From: Thermodesulfobacterium commune DSM 2178
GTDB taxonomy: Bacteria > Desulfobacterota > Thermodesulfobacteria > Thermodesulfobacteriales > Thermodesulfobacteriaceae
Reading direction: 5' to 3'
Assembly: GCF_000734015.1 (NCBI RefSeq)
Contig: NZ_CP008796.1
Span: forward strand, 330,001-362,000
Length of the DNA: 32,000 nucleotides
Below are positions 8,621 to 16,937 of this stretch, one piece after another (positions within the stretch are counted from its first letter, which is position 1; every line of letters begins with the position of its first letter). Made by a program: the position numbers and the translations under genes. The notes under the pieces were generated by a model. The model saw only the letters and a program-made list of their open reading frames with translations, searched no databases and was not told the origin of the DNA.

Positions 8621-9766
8621 TTAAAGTTCTACTCCTTCTTCGGTATACTTAGCCACTAAATCTCCAACCTCAGTAGTAGAATAACCCATCTGTCCAGCAG
8701 CCATACTTTTTAAATGGTCCCTACACACCTTAATAACTGCATTTTCTATGGCTTTGGCCGCTTCTTCTTCTCCAAGGTGTTCTAACATCATCATACCTGC
8801 ACAAATGGCAGCCAAGGGGTTAATTACGTTTTTTCCTGTATATTTAGGGGCAGAACCACCGATGGGCTCGAACATAGAAACTCCGTTTGGGTTGATGTTT
8901 CCTCCAGCAGCAATACCCATACCACCTTGTATCATAGCTCCAAGGTCGGTAATGATATCACCAAACATGTTATCTGTAACGATTACGTCAAACCATTCAG
9001 GATTTTTTACAAACCACATACAGGTGGCATCTACATGGGCATAGTCTTTTTCTATGTCAGGATATTCCTGTCCTACCTCTTGGAATACTCTATACCACAG
9101 GTCAAAGGCATAGGTTAAAACATTGGTTTTTCCCACCAAAGTAACCTTTTTCTTTTTGTTCCTTTTTCTACAATATTCAAAGGCAAACCTGATGCACCTT
9201 TCTACCCCATATCTGGTGTTTATAGATTCCTGTATAGCCACTTCATAGGGAGTACCTTTTCTTAAAAAGCCACCTCCTCCTGCATAAAGTCCCTCTGTAT
9301 TTTCTCTAATTACTACAAAATCTATGTCCTCTGGACCTTTGTCTTTTATAGGAGTCCAAACTCCTGGATAAAGTTTTACCGGTCTAAGGTTGATATACTG
9401 GTCAAGCTCAAACCTGATCCTTAATAAAATCTCTTTCTCAAGAATTCCAGGTTTCACCTCAGGATGACCTATTGCTCCTAAGTAAATAGCATCATGTTTT
9501 TTAAGCTCTTCAATCCCACCTTCCGGTATAGTTTCTCCGGTTTTAAGATATCTTTCCCCTCCCCAGTCAAAGAAGGTCCAATTAAATTTTATGTTAAACC
9601 TCCTGCCTGCAGCTTCTAAAACTTTTATACCCTCTCTTATGACCTCAGGGCCTGTTCCATCTCCAGGAATGACGGCTATTTTGTAAACCTTTTTTACTTC
9701 TTGTACTTCTTGTACTTCTTGAGAAGCTTGTTTTTTCCTTTTACAAGTTCCGCTTTTTTTAGACAT
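8621..9766 (-). CDS. Isocitrate/isopropylmalate dehydrogenase family decarboxylating dehydrogenase (tartrate/D-malate dehydrogenase-like subfamily; may serve as LeuB), with a basic N-terminal extension of about 27 aa
   Basis: IAVIPGDGTGPEV, YINLRPVK, VVIRENTEGLYAG, NMFGDIITDLGA and FEPIGGSAPKYTGKNVINP are family motifs. ATG 9766 has a strong upstream SD (AAGGAGGGAG). No alternative in-frame start lies before the conserved core. Confidence 0.75.
   Translation of the reverse strand: MSKKSGTCKRKKQASQEVQEVQEVKKVYKIAVIPGDGTGPEVIREGIKVLEAAGRRFNIKFNWTFFDWGGERYLKTGETIPEGGIEELKKHDAIYLGAIGHPEVKPGILEKEILLRIRFELDQYINLRPVKLYPGVWTPIKDKGPEDIDFVVIRENTEGLYAGGGGFLRKGTPYEVAIQESINTRYGVERCIRFAFEYCRKRNKKKKVTLVGKTNVLTYAFDLWYRVFQEVGQEYPDIEKDYAHVDATCMWFVKNPEWFDVIVTDNMFGDIITDLGAMIQGGMGIAAGGNINPNGVSMFEPIGGSAPKYTGKNVINPLAAICAGMMMLEHLGEEEAAKAIENAVIKVCRDHLKSMAAGQMGYSTTEVGDLVAKYTEEGVEL
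9695..9721 (-). repeat. Perfect 9-bp tandem repeat x3 (tacttcttg on +), in-frame, encoding QEVQEVQEV
   Basis: Direct reading shows tacttcttg at 9695-9703, 9704-9712 and 9713-9721. It lies inside the N-terminal extension of the dehydrogenase gene. Confidence 0.95.
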
Positions 9767-9802
9767 TTTAACTCCCTCCTTACTATGCGCTTTTGAATAA
9801 TT

Positions 9803-11581
9803 TTACTTTAGTATAAACCAATCTTCTACTTTACCAAGTCCACGGACTGAATTGCCCACATAAATTTCTGAAAAGTTTTTTAGGGTTTCAAGAGAGATTT
9901 CTTGTTCTAAGGCTATTTTCTTTTTAACCAAAAATTTTCTCAGAACTCCATCAAGAAGTTTTAATTTTAAAGGTGGAGTATAGAGTTTCCCCTCTTTTTT
10001 GACGAAAAAGTTAGAAAAAGATCCTTCGAGAATTTTACCGTTTTCATCAAAAAACACTACTTCATCGAATCCTAACTGTTTTACTTTTTGCAGGGCTTTT
10101 TCTAAGGGAGATCTTACGGTAGTTTTGTGATAGAAAAGATTAGATAAATCAAAATCTCGCTTCATAAAGGCTATTTTTAGTCCTTTTTTCCAACCCTCAT
10201 AAGGAAGAAGAGATATCTCTACCTTCCCTTCAGGATAAAGAAGGAGCCTTACTTTATATTTTTTTTGGTCAGGTATTTGAGTTTCGATGAAGCTTTGGAA
10301 ACTGGAAAAATTCTGTAAAACCTTGGGCAGGTTAAACCTGAAATATTTGGCAGAAAACATCAACCTTTGATAGTGGAGTTTTAGGAGAGGATTAAGGGTA
10401 TTAGGCTTAAACCAGAAGGTTTCTATCAGTTGAAAATAAGGCAAGGGATTTAAAAAGAATTTAGCTTTGAGCAAACACTCCTCATATTCTTCATCAGATT
10501 TGCTATCCCAAACCACTCCACTTCCAATACCTGCTTCTCCAAGATAACTTTCTAAATCTTTTTTAGTGAATACCAAGGTTCTTATCCCCACGTTAAATAG
10601 AAAATTATGGTTTGGGTCTATATACCCTATCGCTCCTGTGTAAACTCCTCTGGGTTCTTTTTCAACCTCAGCGATAATTTCCATCGCCCTTATCTTAGGT
10701 GCTCCGGTAACTGAACCGCAGGGGAAAAGCGCTTTGAAAATTTCAAACAAATTTTCGGTGAAAAGTTTTCCCTTTACAGAAGAGGTCATCTGATGAAGGG
10801 TAGGGTAGGTTTCTATGTTAAAAAGCTGGGTTACCCAAACCTCCCCTGGTACACAAACCCTTCCTAAATCATTTCTTAAAAGGTCTACTATCATTACGTT
10901 TTCTGCCCGATTTTTTTCATCCAAAAAAAGTTCTCTTTTTCTCTTTTGGTCTAAAACGAAAACCGGAGCTCTTTTAATCGTTCCTTTCATCGGAGAGGTT
11001 GATAAAAAATATCCCTCTTTTTTGAGAAAAAGTTCTGGAGATAAAGAGGCTATCGAGAAATTTTCTTCTTCTAAATAAAAACTGTACTTACAGCGCTGAG
11101 AAAAGAGGAGCTGAAAAAATAAGTCTGATGGATGTCCTTTTAAACAAAACTTGACCTTAAAAGTATAGTTAACCTGATAAACATCCCCAGAAGCTATATA
11201 GTCTTTTATTTTTTTTATGTCCTCCTGGTAGGTTTCTTTAGATATAGAAAAACTAAGATTTTCGATCGACAGAAAATTTTCTGTTTTAGCTAATTCAAGG
11301 GGATTAATAAAAAATTTTTGTGGAGGAGGGTAGATTCCAAAATAACCAAGTGGCAAGTTAGGTTTTTTGAAAAACTTGTTAAGTCTTTTTTCTAATAAGT
11401 ATCCTGTTTCATAACATAAGAAACCACAGGCATAAAAACCTTTTTTTATAAAATTTTGGAGGTTTTCGAAAAAAAGAGATAGAGCAGAGGGATCATCTAA
11501 TTTAATGACTTCTATAGGGTTTTCAAAAGATAAAACCTGATAGGGAATTTTATCTGCTTTAACCCAAATAAATCTCATCAT
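9803..11581 (-). CDS. pabBC: Bifunctional aminodeoxychorismate synthase component I (PabB) / aminodeoxychorismate lyase (PabC, class IV aminotransferase fold) fusion
   Basis: Chorismate-binding domain motifs SPELFL, PMKGTIKR, ENVMIVDLLRNDLGRV, GSVTGAPKIRAMEII, RGVYTGAIGY and AGIGSGVVWDS. The C-terminal ~200 aa start at FQLIETFWF and contain YHKTTVRSP, a class IV PLP-Lys context. The ATGA overlaps the upstream gene. Confidence 0.85.
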   Translation of the reverse strand: MMRFIWVKADKIPYQVLSFENPIEVIKLDDPSALSLFFENLQNFIKKGFYACGFLCYETGYLLEKRLNKFFKKPNLPLGYFGIYPPPQKFFINPLELAKTENFLSIENLSFSISKETYQEDIKKIKDYIASGDVYQVNYTFKVKFCLKGHPSDLFFQLLFSQRCKYSFYLEEENFSIASLSPELFLKKEGYFLSTSPMKGTIKRAPVFVLDQKRKRELFLDEKNRAENVMIVDLLRNDLGRVCVPGEVWVTQLFNIETYPTLHQMTSSVKGKLFTENLFEIFKALFPCGSVTGAPKIRAMEIIAEVEKEPRGVYTGAIGYIDPNHNFLFNVGIRTLVFTKKDLESYLGEAGIGSGVVWDSKSDEEYEECLLKAKFFLNPLPYFQLIETFWFKPNTLNPLLKLHYQRLMFSAKYFRFNLPKVLQNFSSFQSFIETQIPDQKKYKVRLLLYPEGKVEISLLPYEGWKKGLKIAFMKRDFDLSNLFYHKTTVRSPLEKALQKVKQLGFDEVVFFDENGKILEGSFSNFFVKKEGKLYTPPLKLKLLDGVLRKFLVKKKIALEQEISLETLKNFSEIYVGNSVRGLGKVEDWFILK

Positions 11582-13461
11582 TCAGGATTTTTGGTATAGG
11601 CAAGGATCAAACAGAGCAATAATAGAACTACAGAGATTATTAAAAACATGGGAATAGAAAGAAGGCTTTCTAAAAGAGAACTTTCAAGAAGATAACCGAT
11701 CACATAGAAGGTTACCAAAAGGGTTTCTAACAATAAAAAATTTCTTAAAAAGTCTGTCAGCCTTCTTCTAAACACCCATTTTTTCTTAAGGTCAACTTTA
11801 AGGTCTTTTAATAGTTGAACCTTTTCTTCTGCTAAGTTTAGTTCTGAAAACATCAATGGTAAAATTTGTGAGATATCCCTTTTTTTGGTTTTTTCTAAGT
11901 TTTTTTCGATTAAATCCTTTAGGGATTTTAATTCTTTTCCAAAAATCATATCCTCTTCTTTATAAGGATACTTTACCCAAAAGTTCGCAAGAACTTCGTA
12001 TTGTTTTTTTAACTCAGTTATTTTATGGTCTATTTCTTTTACTTTGTTATAAACCAAAGCCTGTAATTCAAGGGTAAGGTCAAGTGCTCGGTCTGAGGCT
12101 TTATCTATTGCTCCCATACCTCTGTGATAAATGTCATAAGCTAAGGTTTTAAGTAATTCTTCGTATTCTATGATTTCATCCTTGCTCATAACGTGTTTTA
12201 ACCGATGAAACAGGTCTTCAGCTTCTTTAAGCCTCTGTAAGGCATTTTCTCTTTTCTCAAGGATTCGTTTTTCTATAAAATTTTCTAACTCTTCCTGATC
12301 TCTAATAAACAGAGGTTCGGTAAAAGCCCAGAAAATAAGAAGGGGATGCCCAAAATAACCCATAAACTTTTCAATAGGTTCATCATTTAAATAATCTAAA
12401 ACCCTTAATCTGAAGAAAACAGGTAAAAAGGTTTTATCTAACTCAAAAGCCCTTTGATATAGGTCTTTGGCTGTTAGGTCATTTCCTTGATATTCGTAGA
12501 TATATCCTTTTAAAAAAATTAGATAACTTTTGATAAAATTAGAGGTATTTTGACTTAGAGCGGTTTCAAGAAAGTATAGAGCCCTATCCCATCTATTTTT
12601 TAACAGGTTTACAAAAGTCAACCCTATACAGGCCTTTAAATCACTTTCTTCTTCAAGAAATCGACTTTCAGCAACGTTTAAATCCCCTTTTATGAGAGCA
12701 TCCAAACCTATCCCGATGTTTCCACCTCTTACAGGGGTTTCTATCGAAATTTTTAACTGAGACCAGGAAGTTAACCCTTCTCCTCGGTAAAAAACTATCT
12801 TTAAGAATTCAGGTAAAAGATAAAAGTGCCTTATATGAAAATAATTTGGTTTTTCCTCTATCAAGCCCTGCCAGATGATTTGAGCAATCTCTGAAAAAGG
12901 AAGGTCTAAGGCTTGTTCTAACACCGATCTTGGTTGAGGTTCTAAAAGACCAGGACATTTGTGGTAAGGATGATGGGTGCTTTCACAGAAAAAACATGTT
13001 GGATTTGGTCCGGTAAAAAAGAAGTCTTTATAAAAAAAACTAATTTTAGGGTCAACAGTAGCAGGCAGCATTAGCTCCTTCCAGTTGTCTAACCAGTCCT
13101 GGACCTTATAAAAAAGGTTTACTCCTTCAAACTCCTGTAAAACCTCTCTTTTTAGGTTTTCTTGAAAATAGACTTTTCCTGCCCTTACATATCGAGGCTT
13201 TTCTGAAAAGTCCCTTTCTTTTGAGAGGATTACATAAAACGGTAAAGGGGAAGAACCTAAAAATTTTTTAAATCGCTCTTTCAGGTTGTAAAGGATCTCG
13301 TTGAGATAAACCAGGTTTTTAGGGGGAACTTGGTAAAGGTTAGAAGATATCTCTTTGTATGTCTTTTTTAAAAACTCTTCTACGTGATAATCTACCTCTT
13401 GAGAAGAGGTTTTAAACAAAAAATGTTTTAATTTGGGGATTTCAACGACCTTAAGAAACAT
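11578..13461 (-). CDS. Hypothetical membrane-anchored protein with a CCHC zinc knuckle, TPR-like helical region, coiled coil and C-terminal TM helices
   Basis: The 627-aa ORF is translationally coupled on both sides (11-nt overlap with lspA, 4-nt with pabBC). CFFCESTHHPYHKC matches CX2CX4HX4C (residues 156-169). Helical repeat region at roughly 270-350. Heptad-rich region at roughly 400-560. Hydrophobic C-terminus FLLLETLLVTFYVIGYLL ... IPMFLIISVVLLLLCLILAY. Confidence 0.6.
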   Translation of the reverse strand: MFLKVVEIPKLKHFLFKTSSQEVDYHVEEFLKKTYKEISSNLYQVPPKNLVYLNEILYNLKERFKKFLGSSPLPFYVILSKERDFSEKPRYVRAGKVYFQENLKREVLQEFEGVNLFYKVQDWLDNWKELMLPATVDPKISFFYKDFFFTGPNPTCFFCESTHHPYHKCPGLLEPQPRSVLEQALDLPFSEIAQIIWQGLIEEKPNYFHIRHFYLLPEFLKIVFYRGEGLTSWSQLKISIETPVRGGNIGIGLDALIKGDLNVAESRFLEEESDLKACIGLTFVNLLKNRWDRALYFLETALSQNTSNFIKSYLIFLKGYIYEYQGNDLTAKDLYQRAFELDKTFLPVFFRLRVLDYLNDEPIEKFMGYFGHPLLIFWAFTEPLFIRDQEELENFIEKRILEKRENALQRLKEAEDLFHRLKHVMSKDEIIEYEELLKTLAYDIYHRGMGAIDKASDRALDLTLELQALVYNKVKEIDHKITELKKQYEVLANFWVKYPYKEEDMIFGKELKSLKDLIEKNLEKTKKRDISQILPLMFSELNLAEEKVQLLKDLKVDLKKKWVFRRRLTDFLRNFLLLETLLVTFYVIGYLLESSLLESLLSIPMFLIISVVLLLLCLILAYTKNPE

Positions 13462-13921
13462 GTTTTAATTGTTTGTAAATTAAGATAAAAAGTCCTAAGG
13501 TTATGGCTATATCGGCTATGTTAAAAGCAGGCCAATGAAAATTTTTTACATAAAGGTCTATAAAATCGAAAACTGCCCCAAACACCAATCGGTCTAAAAG
13601 GTTGCTAACCCCTCCCCCAAAGATCAACCCTAATCCGATGATCTCCGTCTTGGTTTCAGGTTTATAAGCTTTATGTTTAGCCCAAAAAAATATCAGTGCA
13701 AGGAGGATTAGGTTTAGAAAAATCAACCCTAAGGTTCCTAAAAAGCTGTCTTTAGCAAATAGGCCAAAAGCTACTCCTTTATTCCAAACCTTAACCAGGT
13801 TAATCCCAGGTAAAACTTGCCAAACATCTTGATTTCCTGGATAGGTTAAGTTTATAAACCAAAATTTGGTTAACCTGTCTAATAAAAAAACTATATTAGC
13901 CCATATCCAAAAGGTTTTCAT
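13451..13921 (-). CDS. lspA: Lipoprotein signal peptidase (signal peptidase II)
   Basis: NKGVAFG and FNIADIAITLG catalytic Asp motifs. Four hydrophobic segments. The start abuts the ileS stop with 0-nt gap, matching the classical ileS-lspA synteny. Confidence 0.9.
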   Translation of the reverse strand: MKTFWIWANIVFLLDRLTKFWFINLTYPGNQDVWQVLPGINLVKVWNKGVAFGLFAKDSFLGTLGLIFLNLILLALIFFWAKHKAYKPETKTEIIGLGLIFGGGVSNLLDRLVFGAVFDFIDLYVKNFHWPAFNIADIAITLGLFILIYKQLKHVS

Positions 13922-16723
13922 TTAACCGCTCACCACTTGATAACATCTTTCACAAAGCTCAGGGTTAGGGAGAGTGCCAACTTCAGGTTTTCTTTGCCAG
14001 CACCTTTCACATTTTTTATATTCGGTAGGCTTCACTAAAATCTTAAGCCCTGATATCTCTTCAGAAACAAAAGTTTGAGGTTCAGATACTGGGTCTAATG
14101 TTTTTATCAATTCAAATTTAGCTACCATCAAAAAATATTCCCAAAAAGAGCTATCTTTTAAAAGATCCTTTATATCTTCCGGAGCCTCTACATAGACTTC
14201 AGCTTCTAAAAAGGTGTTGATAACTTTGTGGTCCTTTCTGGCTATCTCTAAGGCTTTTAGAAATTCTTGTCTAAGGCTAAGTATGGTTTCCCATCTCTTA
14301 ACCTCATCTTGCGAAAGATCAAACCTGTAATCAGGAAATTCGGTAAGAAAAACCGAGATTTCTTCTTTAGGATAAGGAAGGTTTTGCCAGATGTCTTCTG
14401 CGGTAAAAGAAAAGATGGGAGCTATAAGTTTAACTATAGAATCTAACGCATAGTAAAAAACCGTTTGAGTAGCCCTACGTTTAAAACTTTCTCGGGGTTC
14501 ACAATAAAGATAATCCCGGTTGATATCTATGATTAAGGAGGAAAGTTCAACTACACAAAAACGATAAATTTCATGATAGACTACATGAAATTCAAAGTCC
14601 TCATAGCCTTTTTTTACCTTTTCTATCAGCCTGCTTAGTCTATAGAGAATGTATTTTTCGAAGGGTGGAAGTTTTTCAAAAGGTACCAAGTCTTTTTTAG
14701 GGTCAAAGTCATAAAGATTACCTATCAAAAACCTGCAGGTATTTCTAACCTTACGATAAGCTTCAACCAACCTTGAAAGGATTTCTTTAGAGATTTTTAT
14801 GTCATCCCGGTAGTCTTCAGCCGATACCCAAAGCCTTAAAATTTCTGCTCCATGTTGTTTGATTAAATCTTGGGGATGAATGACGTTCCCCAAGCTTTTA
14901 GACATTTTCCTTCCCTGTCCGTCTACCACAAACCCGTGAGTAAGTAATGCTTTGTAAGGAGGAACCCCCCTTGTTCCTACCGAGCAGAGAAGGGAACTAT
15001 GAAACCAACCTCTATGTTGGTCTGATCCTTCTAAATATAAGTCTGCAGGGAAAGAAAGTTCTTCTCTCTTTTCAAGCACTGCTGCAAAAGAAACCCCTGA
15101 ATCAAACCAGACGTCTAAAATATCCTTTTCCTTAGAAAACCGGTTATGACCACAATTAGGACATACTGTCCCTTCTGGTAAAAGCTCTTCTGCTGGTTTT
15201 ACAAACCAGGGGTCACAACCCTCTTTTTCAAAGATTTCTATAACTTTTTCATAATACTTAAAATCTTTTAAAATCTCTCCACAGTTTTCACACTTAAAAA
15301 CGGTAATCGGGACACCCCATACCCTTTGTCTGGATATACACCAATCGGGTCTATTTTCTAACATGCTGTAAAGACGGTTTTTTCCCCAGGAAGGAATAAA
15401 TTTGACTTTTTCTACCGCTTGTAAAGCTTTCTCCCTTAAATCCTTTAATTCCATAGAGATAAACCACTGGTCTTCAGCCCTAAAAATAACCGGTTTTTTA
15501 CACCTCCAGCAAAAAGGATAACTGTGTTCTATCTTATCTGAGGAAAGTAGATGCCCTTTTTGTTTTAAAATTTCTAAGATTTTTTCGTTAGCCTGATAGA
15601 TAGAAAGTCCACCAACTAAGTCTACATCCTTGTAAAATTTACCTTCCTGGTCAACAGGCACATAAACTTCTAATCCATATTTAAGCCCTACCTGATAGTC
15701 CTCTTCTCCATGTCCAGGGGCGATATGCACTATCCCTGTTCCGGCTTCTAAACTCACAAAATCAGCCAAGATGACAAGGCTTTCTCTGCTATAAAAGGGA
15801 TGAAGAGCTTTTTTGCCTTCTAAAGTTTTGGGGTCTATCTTAGCAACGATTTTGGGTAAATCCTTGTTAAGTTCAGCACAAAGACCTGAAACACGGCCTT
15901 CAGCTACTAAATAATATTCTCCTTCCCACTCTACCAGTAAATACTCAAATTCAGGGTTTAAGGCTAAAGCTAAGTTTGCAGGCAATGTCCACGGAGTAGT
16001 GGTCCAGATTAATACATAAGCCGGTTTGTCTAAGGTCACCTGATATTCTTTAGAGATAAATTCTTTAAGGTCTTCGGTAAAGGGAAATTTTACAAAAATA
16101 GAATAAGACTTATGTGGTCCATACTCTACCTCAGCCTCTGCCAAGGCAGTTACACAGGTTGGACACCAAAAAACAGGCTTTTTTTTCCTATAAACCTGGC
16201 CTGATTCTAAAAACCTTAAAAATTCTCTGGCAATTGTAGCTTCATACCTGTAATCCATCGTAAGATAAGGCTTATCCCAAAAAGCAAAGACCCCAAGCCT
16301 TTTAAACTCCTCTCGCTGTATGTTTATGTACCTTTCTGCATATTTTCTACAGGCCTCTCTTATTGTGAGAGGGGGGAGTTCTCCTCTTTTTACCCCTAAT
16401 TCTTGTTCTGTTTTCAATTCAATAGGTAACCCATGGCAATCCCATCCTGGTACAAAGGGTACTTTGTATCCAGCCATCATTTTACTTTTTACGATAATAT
16501 CTTTTAAGATTTTGTTTAAGGCTGTACCTAAATGTATGTGCCCGTTAGCATAAGGAGGCCCATCATGAAGGATGTATAAAGGAGCATTTTTTCTTTTTTC
16601 AAGCATTTTTTCGTAGATTTTTTCTTTTTCCCAAAACTCTAAAAATTTAGGTTCTCTTTCTACAAGATTAGCCTTCATCGGAAAGTCAGTTTGAGGAAGA
16701 TTAAGGGTGTCTTTCCAATCCAT
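13922..16723 (-). CDS. ileS: Isoleucine--tRNA ligase
   Basis: HIGH motif PYANGHIHLGTALNK, KMSKS motif, CP1 editing domain, and C-terminal Zn-binding CxxC pairs (CERCWQ...CERCYQ). 933 aa. Confidence 0.97.
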   Translation of the reverse strand: MDWKDTLNLPQTDFPMKANLVEREPKFLEFWEKEKIYEKMLEKRKNAPLYILHDGPPYANGHIHLGTALNKILKDIIVKSKMMAGYKVPFVPGWDCHGLPIELKTEQELGVKRGELPPLTIREACRKYAERYINIQREEFKRLGVFAFWDKPYLTMDYRYEATIAREFLRFLESGQVYRKKKPVFWCPTCVTALAEAEVEYGPHKSYSIFVKFPFTEDLKEFISKEYQVTLDKPAYVLIWTTTPWTLPANLALALNPEFEYLLVEWEGEYYLVAEGRVSGLCAELNKDLPKIVAKIDPKTLEGKKALHPFYSRESLVILADFVSLEAGTGIVHIAPGHGEEDYQVGLKYGLEVYVPVDQEGKFYKDVDLVGGLSIYQANEKILEILKQKGHLLSSDKIEHSYPFCWRCKKPVIFRAEDQWFISMELKDLREKALQAVEKVKFIPSWGKNRLYSMLENRPDWCISRQRVWGVPITVFKCENCGEILKDFKYYEKVIEIFEKEGCDPWFVKPAEELLPEGTVCPNCGHNRFSKEKDILDVWFDSGVSFAAVLEKREELSFPADLYLEGSDQHRGWFHSSLLCSVGTRGVPPYKALLTHGFVVDGQGRKMSKSLGNVIHPQDLIKQHGAEILRLWVSAEDYRDDIKISKEILSRLVEAYRKVRNTCRFLIGNLYDFDPKKDLVPFEKLPPFEKYILYRLSRLIEKVKKGYEDFEFHVVYHEIYRFCVVELSSLIIDINRDYLYCEPRESFKRRATQTVFYYALDSIVKLIAPIFSFTAEDIWQNLPYPKEEISVFLTEFPDYRFDLSQDEVKRWETILSLRQEFLKALEIARKDHKVINTFLEAEVYVEAPEDIKDLLKDSSFWEYFLMVAKFELIKTLDPVSEPQTFVSEEISGLKILVKPTEYKKCERCWQRKPEVGTLPNPELCERCYQVVSG

Positions 16724-16870
16724 AATGAAAGCCTCCTTTTAAGTAAACTGTCTGTTTAATTTTAACATAACTTACAAAAAGCACTATTGTTTTTGATTAT
16801 TATTAAAAAAGTAAGCTTATTGAAAAAAGTAACCATTATTAGGAGTAGGGATTTAAGGGAAAAGTTAATG

Positions 16871-16879
16871 TGGTATAAT
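16871..16879 (+). promoter_or_regulatory. Candidate extended -10 promoter element (TGgTATAAT) for mnmG
   Basis: TGGTATAAT lies at 16871-16879, about 58 nt upstream of the mnmG ATG. The -35 is weak (atttaa). AAGGAAGG SD sits before ATG 16938. Confidence 0.45.
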
Positions 16880-16937
16880 TATAAACTTGAAAGTTTAAAT
16901 TTTGGGTAGGCGTTAAAGAATATTAAGGAAGGTTAGG

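Noticed and set aside
16724-16937. Possible T-box leader or small RNA in the 214-bp ileS / mnmG divergent intergenic region, the largest gap in the window
   Set aside because: On the ileS strand there is no T-box sequence (no AAnnnGGUGGUACCGCG-like element), no specifier-loop or AGAGA/GNUGGA motifs, and no terminator/antiterminator hairpin. The space is adequately explained by two divergent promoters, including a TGgTATAAT extended -10 for mnmG.
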